Positions 1 through 9,403 of a stretch of 64,000 bases of DNA are shown here, piece after piece; the stretch's first letter is position 1; each line of letters starts with the position of its first letter. Position numbers and translations under genes: made by a program. A model generated the notes under the pieces. The model worked only from the letters and a program-made list of their open reading frames with translations, made no database searches and had not been told where the DNA came from. Source of the stretch: an uncultured Melioribacter sp. (GTDB lineage: Bacteria; Bacteroidota; Ignavibacteria; Kapaibacteriales; Kapaibacteriaceae). Location of the stretch: assembly GCA_964465685.1 (NCBI GenBank), contig CAYXKK010000008.1, forward strand, positions 4,121 through 68,120. The letters are read 5' to 3'.

Positions 1-1
1 C

Positions 2-2095
2 GATCCAGCAGGTCCACAAGTCGACGATTTGAACGTTCAGTTCGTTGCAAACCTCACAGACTCTCTCCGTTTCCGTCTCGACGTAAACACAGACGATGAG
101 TTCGAGGATCTTGCAGCTATCGACACAAATCGTGCAGTCGTTAAGAAGTACGGCGTTTGGGACTTCCGCTACGGTAAGACATCGTACGGATTCCTTTCGA
201 CATCGATCCGTCAATCACCAGACGATGTGTCTGTGGAAGATATCGTACAAGCTCGTCCAAGCTGGATGGCCACGCAGTTCATGCGTCGCTATGAGAACGC
301 AGGACAGGCTGATATCTTCGGTGAAGATTTCACAACACGCGGTCGTGTAGAAATCCGTATCCCACGTACACAGGCTATCGAGCTTCTCAAGCCGGTTAAC
401 GACTTCGATCCAGGCCGTCCTATCAATGGCGATTTGAATACTGACACACTTGCAACTATCGTTGTTAACGATGGTCACGGTGGAATCAATTCAATCACAC
501 GTCGTCTCTTCGTGAACGTTGTACCAACGCTTGCTGAACAAGCAGCGCTTGAATTCAATGCTATCGAAGATGAAGACTACAACGTTGATCTTCTCGATTC
601 AGCACGCCGTATCAAGGTGTACGATCCGAACTTCGGTCAAGCCCACACGTGGGAACTGATCTATGGTGACGACACACGTGATTCGATTGCAATTGACCCT
701 TACTTCCCAGAAGCTGGTCAACTTGTACTTGATGCGACTCGCAAGACAACTCCAGCATGGTTGAAGATCAATCCTACAAGCGGTCTACTGTACGGTACAC
801 CTCGTGTAACTGATCTTCCATATCCAGACACAACTGTTAAGGTAACAGTAGTTGTGACTGACGCTGGTGGCCTTAAGGATATGCGTACATACGATCTTCG
901 TATCGAAGCACGCAACCATGACCCACGCCTTCTCTCGTCACCTATCGTAAAGTGTGTTGAGCAAGGTCGTCCATACTCGGACACAATCCGTGTAACGGAC
1001 ATTGACTTGCGTCGCACGCAAGCGGACAACGAACAATTGACGTTTGAAGTAATTGAGCCTGCAGGCAGCTGGACGTTCACGCCAGATCGTCTGTCGAGCC
1101 CGATCGCTGACACACAGAAGGTAACAATCGGCACAACTGATCTCCAGGGAACAATTGTGAATGGTCGTATCACTATCCGTGTCGTTGTAACAGATCGTCA
1201 AGGTGCAAAGGATACACTTTCGTATCAGGTTGCAGTTTCAGCAAAGACGAAGTTCGTAGCTGATGTAAAGGTTGAAAACAATCTTGGTGCATTCCAAGTA
1301 CTTCAGTTCGGCCTCAATGACGTCGAAATCGCTACACGTGGTGATGAAGACGGTGCATATGGTAAGCTTGACTCGAACTATTGTGAATACGAATTGCCAC
1401 CAGTTCCATACATCGATGTATTCGATGCACGCTGGACAATTCCAAATCGCAATGGTATCCTGCGCAACATCTTCCCATTCTCGACAACAGCTGGTGAAGC
1501 AGTCTACGGTGCACGCTTCCAAGCTGGTGGTGAAAACAGCCAGAGCTCAGCATACTACCCAGTACGCATCTCATGGTGCCGCAATCAGATTCCAGAAAAG
1601 GATGCAGCGAACCCAGGTTCATACTACATCCGTGACGATGCGTCGAATGGAAGCGTGTTTGCGTACAACATGAAGACAGGCGAAGGCCGTTCAACTGCAA
1701 ACGTTCAGCACAAGGAAGCTAACGGCTGTGATACGATCATCATCAATAACACAGCAGTTCAAGGCTTTGTGATTGTGTATGACTACACAACGAGCGTGGA
1801 CGGTGAAGAGGTCAGTGCGAATGAACTTGCTATCACAAAGACGGCGCCAAATCCATTCACAACATCGACGCAAATCACATTCAATGTTCCAACAACATCA
1901 ACTGTTGCTGTTGAACTCTACGATGCGATTGGCACACGTGTAGCAACTCTTGCAAAGGATCTCTTCGCAACAGGAAGCCACACGATCGAATGGAATGGCT
2001 TGGCAAACGGTGCTGTTATGCCTTCAGGCCTCTACACGATCCGTGTAACTGATGGTGTGAAGTCATCGACACAGCAAGTTGTGTTCGTCCGCTAA
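2..2095 (+). CDS. Large secreted surface protein, 5'-truncated by the window edge; He_PIG/cadherin-like Ig repeats plus a type-A T9SS C-terminal sorting domain
   Basis: The frame is open from base 2 with no stop before the TTG at 29, so the N-terminus lies upstream. WLKINPTSGLLYGTP is typical of putative-Ig (He_PIG) repeats. The last ~85 aa (NPFTTSTQITFNVP..VELYDAIGTRV..GLYTIRVTDG..VVFVR) fit the T9SS type-A CTD pattern. Confidence 0.75.
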   Translation, partial: DPAGPQVDDLNVQFVANLTDSLRFRLDVNTDDEFEDLAAIDTNRAVVKKYGVWDFRYGKTSYGFLSTSIRQSPDDVSVEDIVQARPSWMATQFMRRYENAGQADIFGEDFTTRGRVEIRIPRTQAIELLKPVNDFDPGRPINGDLNTDTLATIVVNDGHGGINSITRRLFVNVVPTLAEQAALEFNAIEDEDYNVDLLDSARRIKVYDPNFGQAHTWELIYGDDTRDSIAIDPYFPEAGQLVLDATRKTTPAWLKINPTSGLLYGTPRVTDLPYPDTTVKVTVVVTDAGGLKDMRTYDLRIEARNHDPRLLSSPIVKCVEQGRPYSDTIRVTDIDLRRTQADNEQLTFEVIEPAGSWTFTPDRLSSPIADTQKVTIGTTDLQGTIVNGRITIRVVVTDRQGAKDTLSYQVAVSAKTKFVADVKVENNLGAFQVLQFGLNDVEIATRGDEDGAYGKLDSNYCEYELPPVPYIDVFDARWTIPNRNGILRNIFPFSTTAGEAVYGARFQAGGENSQSSAYYPVRISWCRNQIPEKDAANPGSYYIRDDASNGSVFAYNMKTGEGRSTANVQHKEANGCDTIIINNTAVQGFVIVYDYTTSVDGEEVSANELAITKTAPNPFTTSTQITFNVPTTSTVAVELYDAIGTRVATLAKDLFATGSHTIEWNGLANGAVMPSGLYTIRVTDGVKSSTQQVVFVR

Positions 2096-2107
2096 TGCTT
2101 AAACGAT

Positions 2108-2131
2108 GGGGTCGGGCTTCGGTCCGACCCC
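2108..2131 (+). other. Intergenic stem-loop with a UUCG tetraloop between two cargo genes
   Basis: GGGGTCGGGC-TTCG-GTCCGACCCC forms a 10-bp stem (one G-U pair) 12 nt after the stop at 2095. No U-tract follows, so it is not a classical terminator. Confidence 0.4.
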
Positions 2132-2177
2132 ACTCTACCGAACCGCAAAAAAACAAGTTGTAAATCTTGGAGTCTCT

Positions 2178-4229
2178 ATGAAGAAACAGGTATTAATTGC
2201 CTCGGCGATTGTACTCTGTTCGTTCGCGATCGGTGCAGTAGATGGTATGGCGCAACAGATCTTTAACCAGTTCCGCCAACCTGAACTTGTCGTTGGTCAC
2301 CCTTATCGTGACCTCGATGCCTGCCCACAGTCGCGTTTGAACAAGAGGATCATCTCTCCGGCGCAATTCACACTGCCCCCAACCTTTGTCAATGATCTTG
2401 ACGATGGTTATGCGTTCATCCAGTTTCCATCTGGCGTAGTGTACAACTACAATGGTGCTAACTACGGTGGCGTTTACGTGTCGATTAACGGTTTCGTCAC
2501 GTTCGACAATACGAAGCTTGTTCCTGCAAAGCAGTCACAAGGTTTGTTCATCAATTCATCATCGTACCCAGACAACGTTATTGCGCCGTACTGGGGTGAT
2601 CACCGTTTCCGTACAGCAAATGATATTATCGGCGGCTATATGCCTTCGGAAATCTCGTGGGCTGTTGACGTTGATCGTGATGAAAACTGCGATACAATCA
2701 AGCCGGTACGTCGTTGCATCATCATTCAGTGGAAGAATCTGAATATTAATGATGCAAGCGTCAACTCGAGCGTTGCAAATTTCCAAGCTCGTCTATACCT
2801 CGGTGGTGACACTCGCAACAACCAGGGCGAAATCGAACTCGCTTATGGTCAAATTGCTGGAAACCCGAACACGTCCAATACAACGGTTGTGACACGTGGT
2901 GCAACAGTAGGTATTAAGGGCAACGGTGGTTTCCCTGGATTCCTCGCTGACTTCTGGAACGGCCTCATGTGGGTTCCGGCAGCAGGTGCAAATGCTCGTA
3001 CAGATTCGACGTCAATCTGGCAGCCTTCGGGTGGCCGTTCGGATGCTCGTATCCGTTTCAACTCAATCATCTATTTGACATTTGACGTTTGGGGCTTTGG
3101 TGATGCTGATACTTCAGCAGCACAGGGTGAGCGTCACGACAATCTCCCACAGAACCGTCGTGTAACAGCTAACGACGCGCGTGTGATCATGCGCTCTATC
3201 GTGACAAAGCGTCCGCTCGACTCTGTTTGGAAGCGTCAAGCATATCAGGGTGATGTAAACCACTCTGGCCGCTACTACTTCACAAAGTTGAAGCGTGACT
3301 TCTCAGGTGATTCGATTGTAGGAAACCAGATCATCATCTGGCGTCGTACGATCGACATGGAGCAATTCTTCCCAGGTCAAGGCTCGTCCATCACAACAGG
3401 TAAGCAAGTTGTTCGCGTGATGTACGAAGGCGACGGTCTGTATGGTGTTGGTGGCAAGGCTCCAGACGTATCGAGTCTCAACCAGATTTATTACGAAGTC
3501 ACAGAGTATGATGCAGCCCTCATCATGCGCTATATCTCAGGTCGTCTCCCGTATCTCCCATGGATTTACGATGTCGACACAGTAGGTCCAGGCGCTGGTA
3601 AGGTGACGGTCAATACTGTTGCGGACAACGTAAGCTTCGGCAACCCATCGTCGATTGGTAATGGTCTTGTACGTGTTCCTGTCTATGTGAATGCTCTTCA
3701 CACAGGCGCGTTTGGTGTGCGTTTTGAAACAAACACTGAAATCACGGAAGTAACACCGGTGATGAACGATCGCAACACGATGATGGCAGACTTTGGTACT
3801 GACGTTGCAGTAGTTGGTGGCAACGGTACATTCGATCCTTCAACACCTGTCGCGTATGTGACGATGAAGGAAGGCGCTGTACTGGAGTTCTCGAACATTC
3901 GCTTCAACGAAAGCCTCGTTGGTTCACAAACCATTTCGATGGTTGAAAACAACGGTGGTTCAGCAGTATCAATCTATCCAAACCCTACGACTTCAAATGC
4001 TTCGATGGCTATCACACTTCCTGAAAATGGAAATGTGACGGTTCGCGTGTTCGATACATTTGGAAAGTTCGTTGCTATCGTTCACGATGGCTACGCAACA
4101 TCTGGCACGTTCACAGCTACATGGAATGGTATGGATGCTACTGGCACTCCAGTTGTTCCTGGTACATATGTGATTCGTGTTGAGGGTGCTGGTATGAGCT
4201 CATCAAACATGGTTACGGTACTCCGTTAA
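2178..4229 (+). CDS. Secreted T9SS cargo protein with dockerin-like and cohesin-like segments
   Basis: The ATG at 2178 gives the signal peptide MKKQVLIASAIVLCSFAIGAVDGMAQQ; the track ORF starts upstream at 2106. CTD: IYPNPTTSNASMAITLPENGNVTVRVFDTFGKFV..GTYVIRVEG..VTVLR. Internal segments are GDADTS..VTANDARVIMRSIV, GDVNHSG, VTEYDAALIMRYISGRL and LVRVPVYVNALHTGAFGVRFETNTEITEV. Confidence 0.75.
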   Translation: MKKQVLIASAIVLCSFAIGAVDGMAQQIFNQFRQPELVVGHPYRDLDACPQSRLNKRIISPAQFTLPPTFVNDLDDGYAFIQFPSGVVYNYNGANYGGVYVSINGFVTFDNTKLVPAKQSQGLFINSSSYPDNVIAPYWGDHRFRTANDIIGGYMPSEISWAVDVDRDENCDTIKPVRRCIIIQWKNLNINDASVNSSVANFQARLYLGGDTRNNQGEIELAYGQIAGNPNTSNTTVVTRGATVGIKGNGGFPGFLADFWNGLMWVPAAGANARTDSTSIWQPSGGRSDARIRFNSIIYLTFDVWGFGDADTSAAQGERHDNLPQNRRVTANDARVIMRSIVTKRPLDSVWKRQAYQGDVNHSGRYYFTKLKRDFSGDSIVGNQIIIWRRTIDMEQFFPGQGSSITTGKQVVRVMYEGDGLYGVGGKAPDVSSLNQIYYEVTEYDAALIMRYISGRLPYLPWIYDVDTVGPGAGKVTVNTVADNVSFGNPSSIGNGLVRVPVYVNALHTGAFGVRFETNTEITEVTPVMNDRNTMMADFGTDVAVVGGNGTFDPSTPVAYVTMKEGAVLEFSNIRFNESLVGSQTISMVENNGGSAVSIYPNPTTSNASMAITLPENGNVTVRVFDTFGKFVAIVHDGYATSGTFTATWNGMDATGTPVVPGTYVIRVEGAGMSSSNMVTVLR

Positions 4230-4244
4230 TCACGTTTGACAACG

Positions 4245-5387
4245 ATGAAGATCTTGGTGACGATAACGCTGGCCGCCCTTGCGGCGGCCAGCGGAGTCAC
4301 CGCTCAGGACACGTTACTCATTCGAAGCTTTCGGACGATTGATGTGTGTTCCTCTGAACGTCGATGGCTGATCGCCCCGTATCTCGGGAACATCCGTTCT
4401 ATCGACAGTCTAGCGTCCTTTGACATTACGATTGGATTTGATACATCGTTGGTTCGACCAACTGATGTATTGACTGAGAATACACTTTCGTTTGGTGCTA
4501 ACTATCCAGCACAAATGTCTCTTGTTGTCCCTGGTGAAATGAGAATCGCAGGATTCAATATCACTCGCAACATGGTTGGTGATAAGCCAATCTTTGCTGT
4601 CGCAGGATCGTACACCGGAGATTGTGTTGACTCTATTAGGTTCACTTTTCCATGGCCTCCTACATTCAATGAGGAGTTCAAAAAGAAGGTGACCGTCCTA
4701 ACGAGTGAAGAAGTGGGGATTGTTGCTCTTGCTAAAGTTGACAAGTTGCTTGGTCCAAGGTTTAGTGCGGATACAGTGGCGATTGACGGTAAAGATTCGC
4801 TGCGCTCCATCACAACGACCGTGTCATTCGGAACGAGTAACGTGAGCCGAGGAGTTCTAACATGGTCCTTACCTGACTCAACTACAGCGGCAATCGATAC
4901 TGTCATGGCGGATGGAGTAACTGTTGATAGCTTGATTTTGTCAACGATGACTGCAACAGCATATGTCTCGTTTCTCAAAGGTCAGACACCAACAATGTCT
5001 GTCCGATTACGAAACACGACAGTCGAGGCTGAGACACGAACGGTGTTATACACGTCAATGGAAATAGCCGACTCTTGCGCGTGTGTCCGAAGTGGTACAA
5101 GCGATACGCTTCTGGTTGTTCTTACAAATCCAATTGTTTCGATTTCATCTCCTGTCGACGACAACAATGAACGTCTCGATGTAACGAATACATCAGTAAC
5201 GTGCCATTGTCATCATGGGCAGACGAATGAAATCAATGTGTTTACAGTTGCAGGTGAGCGTGTTGCTACGCAACTCTCTTCTTCAACAACAATGAACACG
5301 ATGTCAATCGAAAACCTGCCACCTGGACCGTACATAATTGTTGGGTTCTGTGGTAAAAGAAGCTTTGTGAAACTGAAATTGAAATGA
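4245..5387 (+). CDS. Secreted hypothetical protein with a cohesin-like N-terminal segment and a divergent T9SS-like C-terminus
   Basis: The ATG at 4245 gives the signal peptide MKILVTITLAALAAASGVTAQ. SIDSLASFDITIGFDTSLVRPTDVL resembles the cohesin core. The C-terminus is INVFTVAGERVATQL..LPPGPYIIVGF..VKLKLK. Confidence 0.6.
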   Translation: MKILVTITLAALAAASGVTAQDTLLIRSFRTIDVCSSERRWLIAPYLGNIRSIDSLASFDITIGFDTSLVRPTDVLTENTLSFGANYPAQMSLVVPGEMRIAGFNITRNMVGDKPIFAVAGSYTGDCVDSIRFTFPWPPTFNEEFKKKVTVLTSEEVGIVALAKVDKLLGPRFSADTVAIDGKDSLRSITTTVSFGTSNVSRGVLTWSLPDSTTAAIDTVMADGVTVDSLILSTMTATAYVSFLKGQTPTMSVRLRNTTVEAETRTVLYTSMEIADSCACVRSGTSDTLLVVLTNPIVSISSPVDDNNERLDVTNTSVTCHCHHGQTNEINVFTVAGERVATQLSSSTTMNTMSIENLPPGPYIIVGFCGKRSFVKLKLK

Positions 5388-5422
5388 AGAATCTCTTGAT
5401 CAACTCATCTGAGGAGTTTTCT

Positions 5423-8400
5423 ATGAATCGTCGATATGCTCTCTGGGGTAGCGGCGCCAAGATTGGCGTTGTGCTCCTGCTTGCAGCATTGATCGGCCTC
5501 GGCTCGAACGTGCTTCACGCACAAAACAAGCCAGAGTTGCCGACGCTTTCGCTGACCGGCCTTGCCGGTGGTTGGGAAACAAGGTATTATCCTGATGGTC
5601 GTATTTGGACTTCAAAGCGTGGTCCGAATGGCGATCGTGAACTCTTGGTTCCAGTGTTCATTAAGAACTGCTGGCGCTCAACAGAGATCTTTGATGCCTT
5701 CCCAATTTTTAGCTTCAAGTTTAAGGTGCAGTTCGACTCAACTGCTCTTCAGCTGATTGGTGTTGACAAGAACGGTCCGAAGCGTGGCGTACAGTTTGCA
5801 CCGCTTTCATGCCTTGGTAAGGACTTTGAGTACACTGTAGACGTTGCTCGTGACACGACATTCCAGCGTGTTATCAATGCTCCAGTGCAAAACCGCCTTC
5901 GCGGTAAGCGCGCTATCGTTACAGCGATCTCATCAAAGCCGCTTCCACAGACTGGCGACATTACTCAGCCTTGTGATCAGCGTCCGTTCCAGGAACTCAT
6001 CTATCTCCGCTTCCGCGTAATAGCTGATCCATCGATCGATGTTGAGTCTGCTCGTACACCGATCATCCTCACGAACGACACACTGTTCTACAACGACTTC
6101 CAAATGGGTAAGGCGATTGCATTTCCAGGCGACGGTGTGCCGGGTGAATTCGCTGGTATTGGTGGTGTAGACAACTTCTTCATCGACAACCTCGGTCAGG
6201 AACAAGTCCGCGATCCACTTCGTCCTTCGAAGCCAGGTATGATCTGGCTGGAAGTAACTGACCTTTCGCCACGTCTTGCGTTCAACTTGAACGCAGATCC
6301 AACGAGCCGTCTCGCTGACTCTGTCAACGGCTCAAACGGTACACAGTGGTTCATCGTGGACCCAATCACAATCGACTACGGCAGCTCATTTGATGATCAG
6401 CCGAATGGCATTGGTACACGTGACATCGACTTCATCAACATCGCTCCTGGTACACGTGCGTACGAAATCCTCGTACAATCAGACAAGAGGTGGTTGAAGT
6501 TCAAGTCGTTCAAGAAGGGTGGAGCTGGCGAGAACGATCCGTTCCCACAGCCAGTACGTGAAGGTTATGTCCAGTTCATGGACAAGGGTATCCTTGGTAC
6601 TACACTCGGTGTGACACCATTCGGTGATCCAACAGTTGGTACACGCGACATCAACCTTCGCATCATCTGCGATCCGAACGAGCTTCCGAATGGTGACGAG
6701 CAAGAAGTATGCGGAACATACGTTGGCACACTTTCATTCAAGTCGCCATCACTTGAAGTATCACCTGTACACATCAAGGTGACCTTCATTTACTTCCGCA
6801 CTCCATACGAGCCAAACGTATTCGACGAGAATAACAACTGGCAGCGTAGCCAAGAATTCCTTGGTCGCGGTATCACTGTTCAAGTGCGCAATTCGAATTC
6901 ACCAGTTGAGCGTACGTATCTCACATTCGGTGTTGGCAATCGTGCTACAGACCAAGTGGACACGCTCTTCGGCGAAACTGTTTATACCTCGGCACTCAAC
7001 TCATTTGGTGCTCGCTGGTATCCGCGCAACAAGGAAGGCGTAGATATTTATCAGAATGGTCTCGGCGATCTCTGGGCTGGCACAGCACAGCGTCCAAGGA
7101 GCTCATCACGTGATATCCGTTCCATCTACTCAGACACAACACTTCTCTACACATGCCGCTTCAATGCAGGCAGCGACCTCAACTATCCAGTTGTTGTTGA
7201 ATGGGATGTTGATGAATTCATTCCTGGCTCAGACCTCTTCATTCGTGACACGCTGAACGGTTCACGTTTCAACGTTAACATGCGTGAAGGTACTGTTCTG
7301 TCGCCAACGAACCGCCGTTCATTCACGCTTCGTGATGCTGACATCAAGGCGTTCACAATTGAGTACACTCTTCCTAAGGTTGCTCAATTCCCAGTTATCA
7401 ACAAGGGATGGAATCTCCTTTCGGTTCCTGTGAATCCATCATCAAGCAATTGGAAGAGCATCTTCCGCAATGCTCTTACAGAGCCTGTGCGCTTCTCCCA
7501 GAACATTTACCAGCAAGCTGGTAATGACATTGCACCGGGCGTTGGTTACTTCGTGAAGTATTCTGACGAACTCGACCGTACAATTGCTGGTTCACGCATC
7601 CGTAAGATCGACGACCAAATGTTCTCAACACGTCTGTATGATGGTTGGAACACTATTGGCTCGCTGTCATCGCCGACATCAACTGAGAACGTTACACTTC
7701 TGCCGTTCGGCTCTGGTGCATTCCCAGCTATCACAGGTGACATCTACGGCTACGTTACAAACCGTGGTTATCAAGCAGTGACAGAAATCGAGCCAGGTCT
7801 CGGTTACTGGATCAAGATCTCAGGTCAAGCATATCTTTCATTGTGCTGCGGTACTCTCGGCAAGAGCGGTATCAATGTCTCAACTGTTCGTGAGACAGCG
7901 AAGGCAAATGCAATGCGCGTAACAGTTAGCGATAATGCTGACAACGTTGGTGATGTGTTTGTTGCAAGCCGTGGTTCGATCGAAACACGTACTGTGTTCG
8001 AACTTCCACCGGTACCACCAAATGGTCTCTTCGATGTACGTTTCTCAGATCAAACGTATATCAACGATGAAGTAAACCCAACGATCCAACTCCAAGGCGC
8101 AACATTCCCTGTGACACTCACAGTGAACAACCCAGGTCGTTCGTACGTTGTTACGAACCCTATCTCGGGTGCTGTCCTCGGAACAATCGTTGCTGGTCGT
8201 AGCAACAACATCACGATCACAGATGCACGCACACCGTACATCCGTCTGATGGGTCAAGAGGCTGATCTTACAGCTCTCACAGTTTCTGTTTCTCCAAACC
8301 CTGCTTCTGCAGTTGGAATGGTGAACGTTACAGTCCCACAATCAGGTCGTGTAACTGTTGCCCTCTTCGATGCTATGGGTCAACTCGTATCGACAATCGT

Positions 8401-8530
8401 CGATGAAGAGAAGACAGCAGGTATCTATGGCTTCGACATGAACGCAGCTTCACTTGCACAAGGTCGCTACATCGTGAAGGTCACGACGAACGGCGCAACA
8501 GCAACAAGCTCGGTCACGGTCGTCCGCTAA
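5423..8530 (+). CDS. Large secreted T9SS cargo protein with a cohesin-like N-terminal segment
   Basis: The ATG at 5423 follows GAGGAG and gives a signal peptide (..GVVLLLAALIGLGSNVLHAQ). LLVPVFIKNCW..IFSFKFKVQFDSTALQLIGV is cohesin-like. CTD: VSPNPASAVGMVNVTVPQSGRVTVALFDAMGQLV..GRYIVKVTT..VTVVR. Confidence 0.75.
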   Translation: MNRRYALWGSGAKIGVVLLLAALIGLGSNVLHAQNKPELPTLSLTGLAGGWETRYYPDGRIWTSKRGPNGDRELLVPVFIKNCWRSTEIFDAFPIFSFKFKVQFDSTALQLIGVDKNGPKRGVQFAPLSCLGKDFEYTVDVARDTTFQRVINAPVQNRLRGKRAIVTAISSKPLPQTGDITQPCDQRPFQELIYLRFRVIADPSIDVESARTPIILTNDTLFYNDFQMGKAIAFPGDGVPGEFAGIGGVDNFFIDNLGQEQVRDPLRPSKPGMIWLEVTDLSPRLAFNLNADPTSRLADSVNGSNGTQWFIVDPITIDYGSSFDDQPNGIGTRDIDFINIAPGTRAYEILVQSDKRWLKFKSFKKGGAGENDPFPQPVREGYVQFMDKGILGTTLGVTPFGDPTVGTRDINLRIICDPNELPNGDEQEVCGTYVGTLSFKSPSLEVSPVHIKVTFIYFRTPYEPNVFDENNNWQRSQEFLGRGITVQVRNSNSPVERTYLTFGVGNRATDQVDTLFGETVYTSALNSFGARWYPRNKEGVDIYQNGLGDLWAGTAQRPRSSSRDIRSIYSDTTLLYTCRFNAGSDLNYPVVVEWDVDEFIPGSDLFIRDTLNGSRFNVNMREGTVLSPTNRRSFTLRDADIKAFTIEYTLPKVAQFPVINKGWNLLSVPVNPSSSNWKSIFRNALTEPVRFSQNIYQQAGNDIAPGVGYFVKYSDELDRTIAGSRIRKIDDQMFSTRLYDGWNTIGSLSSPTSTENVTLLPFGSGAFPAITGDIYGYVTNRGYQAVTEIEPGLGYWIKISGQAYLSLCCGTLGKSGINVSTVRETAKANAMRVTVSDNADNVGDVFVASRGSIETRTVFELPPVPPNGLFDVRFSDQTYINDEVNPTIQLQGATFPVTLTVNNPGRSYVVTNPISGAVLGTIVAGRSNNITITDARTPYIRLMGQEADLTALTVSVSPNPASAVGMVNVTVPQSGRVTVALFDAMGQLVSTIVDEEKTAGIYGFDMNAASLAQGRYIVKVTTNGATATSSVTVVR

Positions 8531-8562
8531 GACGGCAATCGTAATGGTTGAAATCAAAGAAA

Positions 8563-8592
8563 GGGCAGCAGGTAACTGCTGCCCTTTTTTGT
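8563..8592 (+). terminator. Rho-independent terminator after the 5423..8530 cargo gene
   Basis: GGGCAGCAG-GTAA-CTGCTGCCC is a perfect 9-bp stem followed by TTTTTTGTT. Confidence 0.8.
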
Positions 8593-8612
8593 TAACGGCT
8601 ACAGGAAAAGTC

Positions 8613-9389
8613 ATGAGATTGCTCGTAATCATCTCGCTACTAACTCTATCCATCGCAACAGCGATGGGTCAGGAAGTAGCATTTACAATGACTGTCACAA
8701 ACATTACTCCTGGTTCGCGCCCATCAGGTACGTTTACCTTCGGTGCTCATCCTGAGGCTACGAACGGGCTCGATGTTACACTTGGTGAACGTGAGATTCC
8801 TTCGTTGCCCCCTCCAGCAGGTGTGTTCATAATCTACACCATACCACCAACTCCCGATCGAATCTGGCTCAGTCCCAAGGATCTACGCAAGCTCTCAGTG
8901 GATTCATCTGTGCGTCATGATTACGACTTGAACATCACGTGGACTGGTGGAAGGCTTGAGTTGTCAATGAACCAGCGGCTTCCGTCAGGGATCGATTCAG
9001 CGTACATCGTAGATGCTATCACAGACTTTCCGGACAACTTCATCAAGGCTCGTGTTGATTCCGGCATGGTCTATTCTACCGACAATCGTGCGATCACACG
9101 TCTGAAGCTGCTCGTCTGGTACCGACGAACAACTTCGAGCGTGGATGAATCACACGGGTCGTCCGTAGTGATCGCTCCGAATCCATCTACAGATGTTATT
9201 TCCGTAAGTGGATGTGAACCAGGGTCGAATGTGGACATACTTACAGTCGTCGGACATCGTGTTCGATCGTATCAGACTGAGTCAGAGAGTATTCGTCTGC
9301 AAGTGCACGATCTTCCAATCGGTGCGTATGTAATTCGTGTTGTTGACCCACGTGGTCGTGCAACAAACCGTATCATGCTGCGCCAATAA
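8613..9389 (+). CDS. Small secreted T9SS cargo protein, function unknown
   Basis: The ATG at 8613 gives the signal peptide MRLLVIISLLTLSIATAMGQE. CTD: VVIAPNPSTDVISVSG..ILTVVGHRV..IGAYVIRVVD..IMLRQ. Confidence 0.65.
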   Translation: MRLLVIISLLTLSIATAMGQEVAFTMTVTNITPGSRPSGTFTFGAHPEATNGLDVTLGEREIPSLPPPAGVFIIYTIPPTPDRIWLSPKDLRKLSVDSSVRHDYDLNITWTGGRLELSMNQRLPSGIDSAYIVDAITDFPDNFIKARVDSGMVYSTDNRAITRLKLLVWYRRTTSSVDESHGSSVVIAPNPSTDVISVSGCEPGSNVDILTVVGHRVRSYQTESESIRLQVHDLPIGAYVIRVVDPRGRATNRIMLRQ

Positions 9390-9403
9390 CTCCGCAATAC
9401 CGT

